NCBI GenBank assembly: GCA_963676565.1
Contig: OY781089.1
Coordinates: forward strand, 2,272,001 to 2,336,000
Reading direction: 5' to 3'
DNA length: 64,000 nucleotides
DNA from: Halarcobacter sp.
GTDB lineage: Bacteria; Campylobacterota; Campylobacteria; Campylobacterales; Arcobacteraceae
Shown: piece after piece, positions 29,787 through 39,382 of the stretch
Layout: the number at the start of each line of letters is the position of its first letter
Position numbering within the stretch: position 1 is the stretch's first letter
Notes under the pieces: generated by a model
Database searches by the model: none
Told to the model about the DNA's origin: nothing
What the model saw: only the letters and a program-made list of their open reading frames with translations
Translations under genes and position numbers: made by a program

Positions 29787-31880
29787 TTAAAATTTATATC
29801 TAAGACCTGCATAAAATGCTCTTGGAGGGGCAACTCTTATTGTTGCATCACTCATATCACTTCCATAAGATACATTCACAAATTGATAATAGTTTTTATT
29901 AAATAAATTTGTAATTTTTCCAAAAAGCTCTAAATTATTAGAGATTTTATATTTACCTCTTAGATTAACTACAGCATAACCTGATTGTTTGTATAAGTTA
30001 GCTTCATCTGCATAATAACTACTTTTAGCAGTTATTTCTGGAGACAATACGAACTTTTGATTAACATTCCAATCTAATCCAATATTTATTGTGTGTTTTG
30101 AAGTTCTAGGTACAGTATTGCCATCTAACTCAATTTCAGGTGCGCCACCATCATTTGGATTAATTGAATAATCTTTTAATTTAGCCATTAAATACGTATA
30201 TGCAATATTATATGAAAAAGCATCATTTACTTTTGTATTAACGGCTAATTCAATACCCCTACTTCTCATATCTCCAACATTATCTATTGCTAAATATTCA
30301 TCGTCATCTGTTGACCATAAATAACTTCCAGCTTTTTTACCAATATAATCAACTCTATCTAATTGATAAATTGATAAATCATAGTTTGTATTGTTAAATC
30401 TACCTTTTATTCCAATCTCATAATTGTACGTTTTTTCACTATCTAATTCTGTTGGAATATCAAGGCTTGGATCATCTTGTAAAAGACTTAGATTTCCACT
30501 AATTTGACCAGCAGTAGGTGCTCTAAAACCACTTGAGTAACTAGTATATAAATAATGTTCATCTGCAAAGTTATAATTTAGACCTATATTAAATGAACTT
30601 TCATTATAGCTTGGATCTACATTTAAAGAACTATCCATATGATTCTTATAATCATATGTCAAGTGATCGTATCTATAATTCCCTACAATATTAAGTTTTT
30701 CTGTTAATTTTGATTGTAGTTCTAAATAAACAGCTGCAATATTTTCATCTGTATTACTATCTGATAAAAGAGTCCCAGCAGTAGTAATACCTGTCCATGG
30801 TGATCCATAGGTAACCCTTTGTACAGATTCATTATCCTGTGAGTTTTTTTCTAAGTTTATACCCACCATTGCAGCTATGCTTCCAAAAGATTTTCTATAT
30901 TCTGATTTAAATGTATTTTGAATCCATTTTTCATCATTATTTTTTAAATGAAAAGTGTCAGTACTATCTCTAGATGATCTGCTTGTTGTATCATCTTGAT
31001 ATCTAGAAACAGTTGCCATAAAATTTGAAGTATCATCAATATCATTTGAATAAGTTAAAAATGTTTTAATTAATGTTGTATCATAGAATCCAGCATAAGA
31101 TACCTCATTAAAACTTTTAGGATCATTTATAGCTGCATCAATCCCATGAACACTAGTTCCATCTCCAGACTTTCTTTTTGTATAATCAAGTCCAAAAGTT
31201 AAGTCGCTATTATCATTTAAATAATATTGATATTTTCCATTAACTGACTTGTGATTTAAGTATGCTTCATCCCAATAACCATCTGTATCTCTATATGTAG
31301 CTTGTAGTTGCAGTGAACTATCATCAAAACTTTGATTCGTTCCAATTAAAAATCTGTTAAATCCAAAACTACCTAATTCAGTTTCAAGTTTTGATTCACT
31401 AAGACCTTTTGGTCTTTTTGTTGTAATTACTATAGCACCAGAAATTGCATCATTCCCATAAAGATAACTAGCACTACCTTTAATAACTTTTATTGATTCA
31501 ATATTGTCTAAATCAAGATTTGCCTTTCCAGTAGTTTCTTGAACAGGTACACCATCAATAACAATTGCAACACCAGGTCTTTCACCCATATACATTTGAT
31601 TATCAATACCTCTGATATGTATTTTAACTTTATCATTACCCACATTTGAGGCAGTAATTCCAGGAATCGTATTCAAAATATCTTCAACATTAGTTGGATC
31701 AATTTTTTCTATTTGTTTATTATCAATAATAAAAGTGTTAGATGAACTATTCAATTTTTCTTCATATTTGTCATCAATTGTTGAGGATACAACACTTATA
31801 GACTCTAACTCAACAGCATTCAAACTATTAATCAATATTAATGAAGCTACTAGACTCATAGATATTCTTACTTTAGGCAT
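29787..31880 (-). CDS. TonB-dependent receptor
   Basis: Signal peptide, IHIRG..VIDGVP, IKVIKGSASYLYG, C-terminal YAGLRYKF. Confidence 0.92.
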   Translation of the reverse strand: MPKVRISMSLVASLILINSLNAVELESISVVSSTIDDKYEEKLNSSSNTFIIDNKQIEKIDPTNVEDILNTIPGITASNVGNDKVKIHIRGIDNQMYMGERPGVAIVIDGVPVQETTGKANLDLDNIESIKVIKGSASYLYGNDAISGAIVITTKRPKGLSESKLETELGSFGFNRFLIGTNQSFDDSSLQLQATYRDTDGYWDEAYLNHKSVNGKYQYYLNDNSDLTFGLDYTKRKSGDGTSVHGIDAAINDPKSFNEVSYAGFYDTTLIKTFLTYSNDIDDTSNFMATVSRYQDDTTSRSSRDSTDTFHLKNNDEKWIQNTFKSEYRKSFGSIAAMVGINLEKNSQDNESVQRVTYGSPWTGITTAGTLLSDSNTDENIAAVYLELQSKLTEKLNIVGNYRYDHLTYDYKNHMDSSLNVDPSYNESSFNIGLNYNFADEHYLYTSYSSGFRAPTAGQISGNLSLLQDDPSLDIPTELDSEKTYNYEIGIKGRFNNTNYDLSIYQLDRVDYIGKKAGSYLWSTDDDEYLAIDNVGDMRSRGIELAVNTKVNDAFSYNIAYTYLMAKLKDYSINPNDGGAPEIELDGNTVPRTSKHTINIGLDWNVNQKFVLSPEITAKSSYYADEANLYKQSGYAVVNLRGKYKISNNLELFGKITNLFNKNYYQFVNVSYGSDMSDATIRVAPPRAFYAGLRYKF

Positions 31881-32006
31881 TTCTTCTCCATATTTTAATT
31901 ACCACTTTAAAATATGAAAGAATATTTCAGTATAATAGAAGTGGTGTTAATTCACTATCTTCCATCTATCTAGGTCGCCAAACTTTATTTAGATGGGAGA
32001 TTTATT
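31881..32006 (-). promoter_or_regulatory. structured ~125-nt 5' leader of the TonB receptor operon
   Basis: Stems ATCTCCCATCTA/TAGATGGAAGAT, ACCACTT/AAGTGGT and TGAAA/TTTCA between the promoter and the GGAG RBS. Confidence 0.5.
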
Positions 32007-32012
32007 GTTGTA

Positions 32013-32044
32013 ATATTAATTAGAGTCTGTTAATTAAGTGTTAA
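32013..32044 (-). promoter_or_regulatory. TTAAC-N6-TTAAC-N10-TAATAT promoter
   Basis: GTTAA at 32029 and 32040 (plus strand); -10 at 32013-32018. Confidence 0.6.
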
Positions 32045-32089
32045 TCTTTTGATAAGTCTTATATTTTTTTTAAGTATTTAAGTTAATTA

Positions 32090-32953
32090 TTAGTTTATGA
32101 TGTTTTTAAAGTTTAGAATAAATTTATTTCCATTGGTTAATGGCTCAATTTTTATGGCTATTTTATTTTTGTCACAAAACTCTTTTACCATAGAAAGTCC
32201 TAATCCAAATCCATGTTTAGAAGAATCTTCTTGAAAAAATTTATCAAAAATGATAAATAAATTCTTTGTATCAATCTCTTTTCCCGTATTATAAATAGAA
32301 AAAAGATTATTACTATATGTGATTTGTATTAAACCATTTTCTTCAAGATTATATTTTAAAGCATTTGAGATAAGATTATCAAGCATTTTAGAAAAACCAT
32401 TTAAATCAGTTTTTAATTGACAATCTTCAATTTTAACTTCTATTTTTATATCTTTTTTCAAATCTTCGAACTTATCTAAACTTTTGTAAGTAATCTCTTT
32501 TAGATTAAAAGTAGAAACATCAATCTTATCAATCTCTTTTTTTATTTGATATTCCATATCTTCATAAAGTTTTAATAATTCATTTGAAGCTTTTTTTATT
32601 CTACTTAATCTTTTTAAAGCTTTTTCATCTGTAATTTTTTTCTCTAACATTTGTGTATTTAAATTGATTGTTGAAACTGGGATGTTTAATTCATGTAATG
32701 TCTCTTTTACAGTCTTTTGTAGGTTTTCATCACTTTTAAAAAGTGGTTCAAAAATAGATTTACTTAATAAAAGATATAAACCTAGACCAAAAATTAATAC
32801 TGTTAATGTAATAAGCATAAATGTATCTTGATTAAAACCAATATAAGAGTTTAAATAAAAGTTTAAAAGCAATGATAAAAGTAAAACGAATACAACAATT
32901 ATTGAATTAGTGATTAAAAAGTTTCTTTTTTTATAATTCAATTTTATATCCAA
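32090..32953 (-). CDS. sensor histidine kinase with two closely spaced TM helices
   Basis: HELNIP, NLISNALKY, GFGLGL. Confidence 0.9.
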   Translation of the reverse strand: MDIKLNYKKRNFLITNSIIVVFVLLLSLLLNFYLNSYIGFNQDTFMLITLTVLIFGLGLYLLLSKSIFEPLFKSDENLQKTVKETLHELNIPVSTINLNTQMLEKKITDEKALKRLSRIKKASNELLKLYEDMEYQIKKEIDKIDVSTFNLKEITYKSLDKFEDLKKDIKIEVKIEDCQLKTDLNGFSKMLDNLISNALKYNLEENGLIQITYSNNLFSIYNTGKEIDTKNLFIIFDKFFQEDSSKHGFGLGLSMVKEFCDKNKIAIKIEPLTNGNKFILNFKNIIN

Positions 32954-33590
32954 TACCTTTTATATTTTTGATTGAGTCTTTTCCAAGAAGTTTTTTAATA
33001 TTGTTAATATAAACTCTGATTGAACCTTCACTATACCCTTCTGAACATCCCCAAAGTCTATCAATAATCATCTCTTTAGTAATAATTTTTTCTTTTTTTT
33101 CTAAAAATAGCTCAAGTAAATCAATAACCTTTCCTGCAAGATTTATATCATTACCATTTGATAAAACTCTCCTATTCATTGGGTCAAAGGTCAAATCTTC
33201 AGTTAATTTAATATCTTCAAATGATTTCCCACTTCTTTTTAATAAAGATTGGATTCGAAGAAGAAGTTCATCAAGGTCAATTGGCTTTTTTAAATAATCA
33301 TCACAGCCAGTTAAAAACCCTTGGGTTAATTTATCTTTATCTTTATATGAAGTTAGATAGATTGCAGGGGTATTATCTCCAGAGTTTCTCAACTCTTTTA
33401 ATAAACTAATTCCATCTAAAAGAGGAACATTGATATCAAAAAGATATAAATCAAAATTATTCTCATATGTAATACTTAAAACCTCTTCACCATTTGATGC
33501 AGTTTTTATTTCAAAACCTTCATCTTCTAAGAAATCTTCAAGTGTTTCAAGAAATAGTTCATCATCTTCTAAAACAAGTATTTTGTGCAA
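32931..33590 (-). CDS. OmpR-family response regulator
   Basis: LEDD, FDINVP, DDYLKKP, winged helix IRVYI..IKK..GIGY. Confidence 0.92.
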   Translation of the reverse strand: MHKILVLEDDELFLETLEDFLEDEGFEIKTASNGEEVLSITYENNFDLYLFDINVPLLDGISLLKELRNSGDNTPAIYLTSYKDKDKLTQGFLTGCDDYLKKPIDLDELLLRIQSLLKRSGKSFEDIKLTEDLTFDPMNRRVLSNGNDINLAGKVIDLLELFLEKKEKIITKEMIIDRLWGCSEGYSEGSIRVYINNIKKLLGKDSIKNIKGIGYKIEL

Positions 33591-33603
33591 GGAGTCTCCA
33601 AAA

Positions 33604-33724
33604 AATATTTATTTTATTATATTCTTACTAAGTTAAAATACTATTAATTTGTGACTTAAGTTAATATTTATTTTATTATATTCTTACTAAGTTAAAATAC
33701 TATTAATTTGTGACTTAAGTTAAT
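33604..33724. repeat. perfect 59-bp tandem duplication of the response-regulator promoter
   Basis: Unit 33604-33662 repeated at 33663-33721; each copy carries TTAAT-N6-TTAAC-N10-TATAAT on the minus strand. Confidence 0.92.
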
Positions 33725-33779
33725 TTTTTACTTTATTTATTTATCATTATTTTTAAAGTAATAAAATATAGGCAAAGAG

Positions 33780-35549
33780 ATGATAAAAAGAATTTTTATA
33801 TTATGTGTATTAATAATCACTGCATTTTATGTTATATCCGAAGATAATATAAAAACAATTTTAGCTGGTATTGCAATTTTCCTAATTGGAATGCACTTTA
33901 TGGAGGATGGTTTTAAACTTTTTTCAGGGGGAACATTAGAAAATGTTTTAAAAAAATTCACTTCAAGTTCATTTAAATCTGTATTAACAGGTTTTGTTAC
34001 AACATCTATTGTTCAAAGTTCCTCTTTAATATCTGTAATTGTAATATCTTTTTTATCTGTTGAACTAATTTCTCTTACAAAAGCAATAGCAATAGTTTTT
34101 GGTGCAAATTTAGGAAGTACAACAACTGCATGGATTGTTTCAGCATTTGGATTAAAGTTAAAAATTTCACTATACGCTATGCCAATGATTATATTTGGTG
34201 TAATTTTTAGATTTTCTAAATCCTCTACATATGTTGGTTTAGGAAATATTTTATTAGGTTTAGGTTTTATTTTTTTAGGAATCTCTTACATGAAAGAGGG
34301 ATTTGACACATTAAGTGCTTCTATTGATTTGGCAAAATATTCTGTTGGTGGATATTTAGGAATTTTTATTTATATTTTAATTGGAGCTGTTTCAACTGTA
34401 ATTATTCAATCTAGTAGTGCAACAATGGCTATTATTATTACAGCACTTGCAGGGGGAAATATTCTTTATATCGACGCTCTAGCCCTTGCAATAGGTGCAA
34501 ATATAGGTACTACTGTTACAGCTATACTTGGTTCTTTAACCTCTAATCAAAATGGTAAACGTCTTGCATTTGGGCATTTTATATTTAATATCTCAACGGG
34601 ATTAATAGCAGTTGCATTAATATATATATTAAAAGATTTAGTAGACTTTTTGTCCCTTTATATAGGAATAGAAAAAGATAATTACTCTATGAAACTGGCA
34701 TTATTTCATACAATATTTAATCTTTTAGGGATAATAATTCTTTACCCATTTATACAAATAATTGTAAATCTTTCGAAAAAGTTTATTAGTGATGAAAAAT
34801 ATAAAAAACCTTCAAAACCAATCTATCTTGATAAAGCTAATATCAAAATACCATACAATGCAATGGTTTCAATTCAAAAAGAGTTACATCATCTATATGA
34901 TAATGCTCAAAAAGCTATACTTCATGCAATCTCTATTCACTCAACTGAATTAAAAACAAAAGAAGACCTTGATAAAATAATAAACACAGAAGTTAAAAAA
35001 ATTGATACTGATTTAGATTCATTTTACCAAAATAATTTAAAGCTTCTTTATAGTGAGATTATTGAATTTGCCTTACTTTCTCAACAAAATATGAACAAAG
35101 AACAAAATGAGTACGTAGCCCAATTGAAACTTGCTTCAAATATAATTGTAAAAATTTTAAAAGATACAAGAGATATACAAAAAAATATGAATTTTTATTT
35201 AAATAGTAAAAATGAGTACATAAAAAAAGAATATCTTGAAATAAAAAGGGAATTAGCTAGTACAATTCTTTTAGTTAATACAGTAAAAGATCCAACAATA
35301 AACGAATTGGATACATCTATTATGATTCAGGAGCAAAAAGATATAACTGAAACTTTTAATACGTCAATAAACAATCAAATAGATGAACTAATTAGAAATG
35401 AAAAAATTACATCAAAAATGGCAACTTCATTAATAAATGATTCAACAACAACTTATAATATTTGTACAAATCTACTAAGAATTGCAAATATCATATTTAT
35501 TAGAGATGAAAGTTTAAGAAAGTTAGGGGAGATAGAAAATGAAAATTAA
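33780..35549 (+). CDS. Na/Pi cotransporter family protein
   Basis: Two QSSS repeats, GANLGSTTTA and GANIGTTVTA, PhoU-like tail. Confidence 0.9.
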   Translation: MIKRIFILCVLIITAFYVISEDNIKTILAGIAIFLIGMHFMEDGFKLFSGGTLENVLKKFTSSSFKSVLTGFVTTSIVQSSSLISVIVISFLSVELISLTKAIAIVFGANLGSTTTAWIVSAFGLKLKISLYAMPMIIFGVIFRFSKSSTYVGLGNILLGLGFIFLGISYMKEGFDTLSASIDLAKYSVGGYLGIFIYILIGAVSTVIIQSSSATMAIIITALAGGNILYIDALALAIGANIGTTVTAILGSLTSNQNGKRLAFGHFIFNISTGLIAVALIYILKDLVDFLSLYIGIEKDNYSMKLALFHTIFNLLGIIILYPFIQIIVNLSKKFISDEKYKKPSKPIYLDKANIKIPYNAMVSIQKELHHLYDNAQKAILHAISIHSTELKTKEDLDKIINTEVKKIDTDLDSFYQNNLKLLYSEIIEFALLSQQNMNKEQNEYVAQLKLASNIIVKILKDTRDIQKNMNFYLNSKNEYIKKEYLEIKRELASTILLVNTVKDPTINELDTSIMIQEQKDITETFNTSINNQIDELIRNEKITSKMATSLINDSTTTYNICTNLLRIANIIFIRDESLRKLGEIENEN

Positions 35550-35772
35550 AGAGTTATTTGAAAACTTTGAAAATGTTTTTTCTTGGAATAAAAGTGAAAT
35601 AAAAGAGAATAAAAGTGAAATTGATGACTTAATGAAAAATCTTACACAAAAAAGAAAAAAACTAGAGAAAAAAATCAAAAAAGAAGAAAATCAAGAAGAA
35701 AAAACTGAGTTAAATAAAAAATTAAAAGCTATAAAAAAACTAATAAAAAAAGCTAAAAAGAGTTTATACTAA
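35539..35772 (+). CDS. small Lys/Glu-rich coiled-coil hypothetical protein
   Basis: Overlaps the cotransporter stop; GGAG RBS. Confidence 0.65.
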   Translation: MKIKELFENFENVFSWNKSEIKENKSEIDDLMKNLTQKRKKLEKKIKKEENQEEKTELNKKLKAIKKLIKKAKKSLY

Positions 35773-35775
35773 TAA

Positions 35776-36240
35776 TTAGTTAAACTCTTTAAAGTTTTGT
35801 CTTAATGCTTCATATGCAACAATTGATACAGAGTTTGCTATGTTTAAACTTCTTGCATCATTTGTCATTGGGATTGTAATACACCCTTGTTTATTTTTAT
35901 TCATAATAGATTCAGGGAGCCCTGCATCTTCTCTTCCAAAATAAAAATAGTCACCTTTTTTATATTCCATATCAAAATAAACTTGTTTTGTTTTTGTAGT
36001 TGCAAAAAAATGTCTATCTGTCATGGGATTCTTTTCCCAAAAATCTTCAATATTTTCATATTCTCTAACATCTAAATCAAACCAATAATCAAGACCCGCT
36101 CTTCTAACCTCTTTTTCTGTAATCTCACCAAAGCCATATGGTTTGATTAAATGAAGTGTACAGTCAAGTGCAAAAGCCAATCTTCCTATAGTCCCAACAT
36201 TTCCAGGGATTCTTGGTTCATGAAGTACTAAATTAAACAT
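35776..36240 (-). CDS. trmL: tRNA (cytidine/uridine-34-2'-O)-methyltransferase
   Basis: PRIPGNVG.IGR, RRAGLDYW, FGREDAGLP, RSLNIAN. Confidence 0.92.
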   Translation of the reverse strand: MFNLVLHEPRIPGNVGTIGRLAFALDCTLHLIKPYGFGEITEKEVRRAGLDYWFDLDVREYENIEDFWEKNPMTDRHFFATTKTKQVYFDMEYKKGDYFYFGREDAGLPESIMNKNKQGCITIPMTNDARSLNIANSVSIVAYEALRQNFKEFN

Positions 36241-37073
36241 TATAAGACTACCGTTTTATTTCCATATACAAATACTTTATCTTCTAAAAGAAGTTGTAAA
36301 GCATTTGATAATACAACCTTTTCAACATTTCTACCTGCTCTTCTCATATCTTGCCAAGAATATGTATGGTCAACTCTAACTACATCTTGAAAAATAATTG
36401 GCCCTTCATCTAAATCATCAGTTACATAGTGTGCTGTAGCACCAATAATCTTTACACCTCTATGGTGTGCTTGTTTATATGGGTTTGCTCCAATAAAAGC
36501 AGGTAAGAAAGAGTGGTGAATATTTAAAACTTTTTTAGGGTATGTTTCAACAAACTTTGGAGTTAAGATTCTCATATATTTAGCTAAAACTATTAGTTCA
36601 GGATTATATTCATTGATTTTTTCAATAACTAAATCCTCATGATCTTCTCTAGCCATATCTTCAGCACTTATACAGTGAAAAGGTATATTGAATTTTTCAA
36701 CTAAATCTTGAAGATAATCATGGTTTGCAATAACTGCTTGAATATTTGCATCAAGCTCACCATCAATATATCTAATTAATAGGTCACCTAAAACATGAGA
36801 CTCTTTTGTAGCTAAAATCACAATGTTTTTCTTTGATTTTTTGTTAAGTTTTAATGTTGATTCTTTTGGTAAAACCTCTGTTAATTCTTTAAGTAAAATA
36901 TTTTCATTTAATTCACCAGAGATAACTGTTCTCATAAAGAACTTGTTAGTTTCTTTATCAACATATTCAGCATTTTGTTCAATATTTAAATTGTTTGCAA
37001 AAAGAACTTTTGAGACATTGTAAACAAGTCCTTTTGCATCAAAAGTATCAATTAAGAGTATATATTCTTTCAT
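36240..37073 (-). CDS. purU: formyltetrahydrofolate deformylase
   Basis: ACT domain, VLAKYMRIL, NIHHSFLPAFIGANPY, RGVKIIGATAH. Confidence 0.95.
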   Translation of the reverse strand: MKEYILLIDTFDAKGLVYNVSKVLFANNLNIEQNAEYVDKETNKFFMRTVISGELNENILLKELTEVLPKESTLKLNKKSKKNIVILATKESHVLGDLLIRYIDGELDANIQAVIANHDYLQDLVEKFNIPFHCISAEDMAREDHEDLVIEKINEYNPELIVLAKYMRILTPKFVETYPKKVLNIHHSFLPAFIGANPYKQAHHRGVKIIGATAHYVTDDLDEGPIIFQDVVRVDHTYSWQDMRRAGRNVEKVVLSNALQLLLEDKVFVYGNKTVVL

Positions 37074-37123
37074 AGTATTATTCCATCCTAAAATTAAGAA
37101 TGGAATAATACCAAAATAAAGAT

Positions 37124-38386
37124 TTAAATCATTTTAGATAGCTGTTCTCTATATGCCTCATGGTCATAATTTTTTTCTCTAGCAACGCCAGACTCAACTG
37201 CAGCACGTGCTACTGCACTTGAAATTTCAACAATAAGTCTTTTATCAAATGGTTTTGGAAGAATATACTCTTTTGAATAAGTAATATGATCACCAAAAAT
37301 CTTTTTAATATCATCAGTAACTGGTTTTTTAGCTAAATCTGCAATTGCATATGCAGCAGCTTTTTTCATAGCCATATTTATTTTTTTAGCTTGAACATCT
37401 AATGCACCTCTAAAAATGAATGGGAATCCAATTACATTGTTTACTTGGTTATTAAAATCACTTCTTCCTGTACCAATTAAAGCTTTATCTCTAATTGCTA
37501 AAATCTCATCTGGAAATAATTCAGGAGTTGGATTAGCCAATGTAAATACAATAGGTTCATCTGCCATTACAGCAATATGTTCTTGTGTAAAAGTTCCAGG
37601 TCTAGATAATCCAAGTACCATGTCTGCTTCCCTAAAAGCATCCATCTTTGTCATTGCTTCTTTTACTGAAAATTCTTTTTTGAATTCATTTAAATCATCT
37701 CTACCATCATGACATACACCTTTAGAGTCAATCATAATTATATTTTTGATTCCAATAGCTTTATACATTCTTGAACAAGAAATCGCTGCTGCACCTGCTC
37801 CAACAACAACAACTTTTAACTCTTCAAGATTTTTTCCTAAAATATCACAAGCATTAATAACACCAGCAGATGTAATAATCGCTGTACCATGTTGGTCATC
37901 ATGCATAACTGGAATGTCAAGCTCTTCAATTAATCTTTTTTCGATTTCAAAACACTCAGGTGATTTTATATCTTCAAGATTAATTCCACCAAATGTTGGA
38001 GCAATAGCTTTACATACATCAATAAATTTTTCTGGATTCTCTTCATCTACTTCAATATCAAAAGAATCAATCGCTGAGAACTTTTTAAATAATACTGATT
38101 TCCCTTCCATCACTGGTTTTGCAGCTAATGCTCCAATATTACCAAGTCCTAATACAGCTGTACCATTTGTAATTACTGCAACAAGATTTCTTTTTGCAGT
38201 ATATTTAAATGCATTTTCTGGGTTTTCTTCAATTTCTAAGCATGGAAATGCAACACCTGGAGTGTAAGCTTTTGATAAATCATCTTGAGTTTCTAATTCA
38301 GTTGTAGTTTCAATAGCTAATTTTCCAGCTTTTGGGTATTGGTGATAATCCAATGCTTCTTCTCTAGTAACAGGTTGTTTACTCAT
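37124..38386 (-). CDS. NAD(P)-dependent malic enzyme (no PTA domain)
   Basis: AYTPGVA, KPVMEGK, NLEDI, HDDQHGTA, GAGAA, NQVNN. Confidence 0.92.
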   Translation of the reverse strand: MSKQPVTREEALDYHQYPKAGKLAIETTTELETQDDLSKAYTPGVAFPCLEIEENPENAFKYTAKRNLVAVITNGTAVLGLGNIGALAAKPVMEGKSVLFKKFSAIDSFDIEVDEENPEKFIDVCKAIAPTFGGINLEDIKSPECFEIEKRLIEELDIPVMHDDQHGTAIITSAGVINACDILGKNLEELKVVVVGAGAAAISCSRMYKAIGIKNIIMIDSKGVCHDGRDDLNEFKKEFSVKEAMTKMDAFREADMVLGLSRPGTFTQEHIAVMADEPIVFTLANPTPELFPDEILAIRDKALIGTGRSDFNNQVNNVIGFPFIFRGALDVQAKKINMAMKKAAAYAIADLAKKPVTDDIKKIFGDHITYSKEYILPKPFDKRLIVEISSAVARAAVESGVAREKNYDHEAYREQLSKMI

Positions 38387-38539
38387 TTTCTATCCTCTCT
38401 CTTTGTTTAGGGGTTACCGAATTGTAACTCATTAAAACTTACAAAAAAGAAGAAAATCATAATTTAAGCTTATGAACTTTAATATTTCTTTAAGAGACAT
38501 AATATTTACATGAAATATACATAATTTTTACATAAGTGC

Positions 38540-39208
38540 CTATATTGTGACAATTCCAGCAAATCTACCACACTTTTTATCCACCCTATATGAGTAATAT
38601 GGCTCATTTGAGCACCTTGTGCAAGTATTAGATATAGTTATATTACTGATATTTAAGCTATTAAGTAAACTCTCATTTATACCTTGAAGGTCAATAAATC
38701 TTCCCTTTACAAACTCTTTTCCAAAACTTTTTTCAACTATGGTAACCAGTTCATCATTTACTTCATAACAACATTTTTGTATTGATGGACCCATATGTAC
38801 TTCTATATCAGAATAGTTGCACTTAAATTCATTAACCATTTTTTCAACTGTAATTTCGGAAATTCTTAAAAAAGTTGAATTTCTACCTGCATGAACAGCA
38901 GCCACAACATCCTTTTTTCTATCAATAAAAATAATTGGTATACAATCTGCTACCATAACCATCAAAACAACATCTTTATCTTTTGTAATTATCCCATCAC
39001 AATCATCTATTATATTTGGTGAGTATTTATCTACAACTTTGACATTATTCCCATGAACTTGATTCATTGAAATAAGTTTTTTATCCTCTAAATTATATTT
39101 TTTTAGGAGGTTTTTTCTATTTTTATCAACATTTTCTTTAATATCAGGAACATGGAAAGCAAGATTTCCATCATCAATATTTGTAAAAGTAAAGAATATT
39201 TTATCCAT
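38540..39208 (-). CDS. pgeF: YfiH/PgeF purine nucleoside phosphorylase (peptidoglycan editing factor)
   Basis: NQVHG, ADCIPI, HAGR, GPSI..CCYEV, YSYR. Confidence 0.9.
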   Translation of the reverse strand: MDKIFFTFTNIDDGNLAFHVPDIKENVDKNRKNLLKKYNLEDKKLISMNQVHGNNVKVVDKYSPNIIDDCDGIITKDKDVVLMVMVADCIPIIFIDRKKDVVAAVHAGRNSTFLRISEITVEKMVNEFKCNYSDIEVHMGPSIQKCCYEVNDELVTIVEKSFGKEFVKGRFIDLQGINESLLNSLNISNITISNTCTRCSNEPYYSYRVDKKCGRFAGIVTI

Positions 39209-39379
39209 ATAAAATCCAATTAATTTTTATAGTTATTGTACTTATTATAATTTAATTTACTCTTATTGTTTTTTTGATAAAACCGCCACAATTAAAGGAT
39301 TATAATGACAAACAAATTTGCAATTTTTGGAAACCCAGTAGCACATTCAAAATCACCACAAATGCATAATGCAGGATTT
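39202..39379. repeat. 178-bp direct repeat, copy 1 (pgeF/aroE intergenic region plus aroE 5' end)
   Basis: Matches 41039-41216 with about 5 mismatches by eye. Confidence 0.93.
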
Positions 39380-39382
39380 TAA
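39305..39382 (+). pseudogene. duplicated 25-codon aroE 5' fragment
   Basis: MTNKFAIFGNPVAHSKSPQMHNAGF then TAA; identical to the start of aroE. Confidence 0.85.

Noticed and set aside
33604..33724. Tandem repeat as a CRISPR array
   Set aside because: Two abutting copies, no spacers, no cas genes
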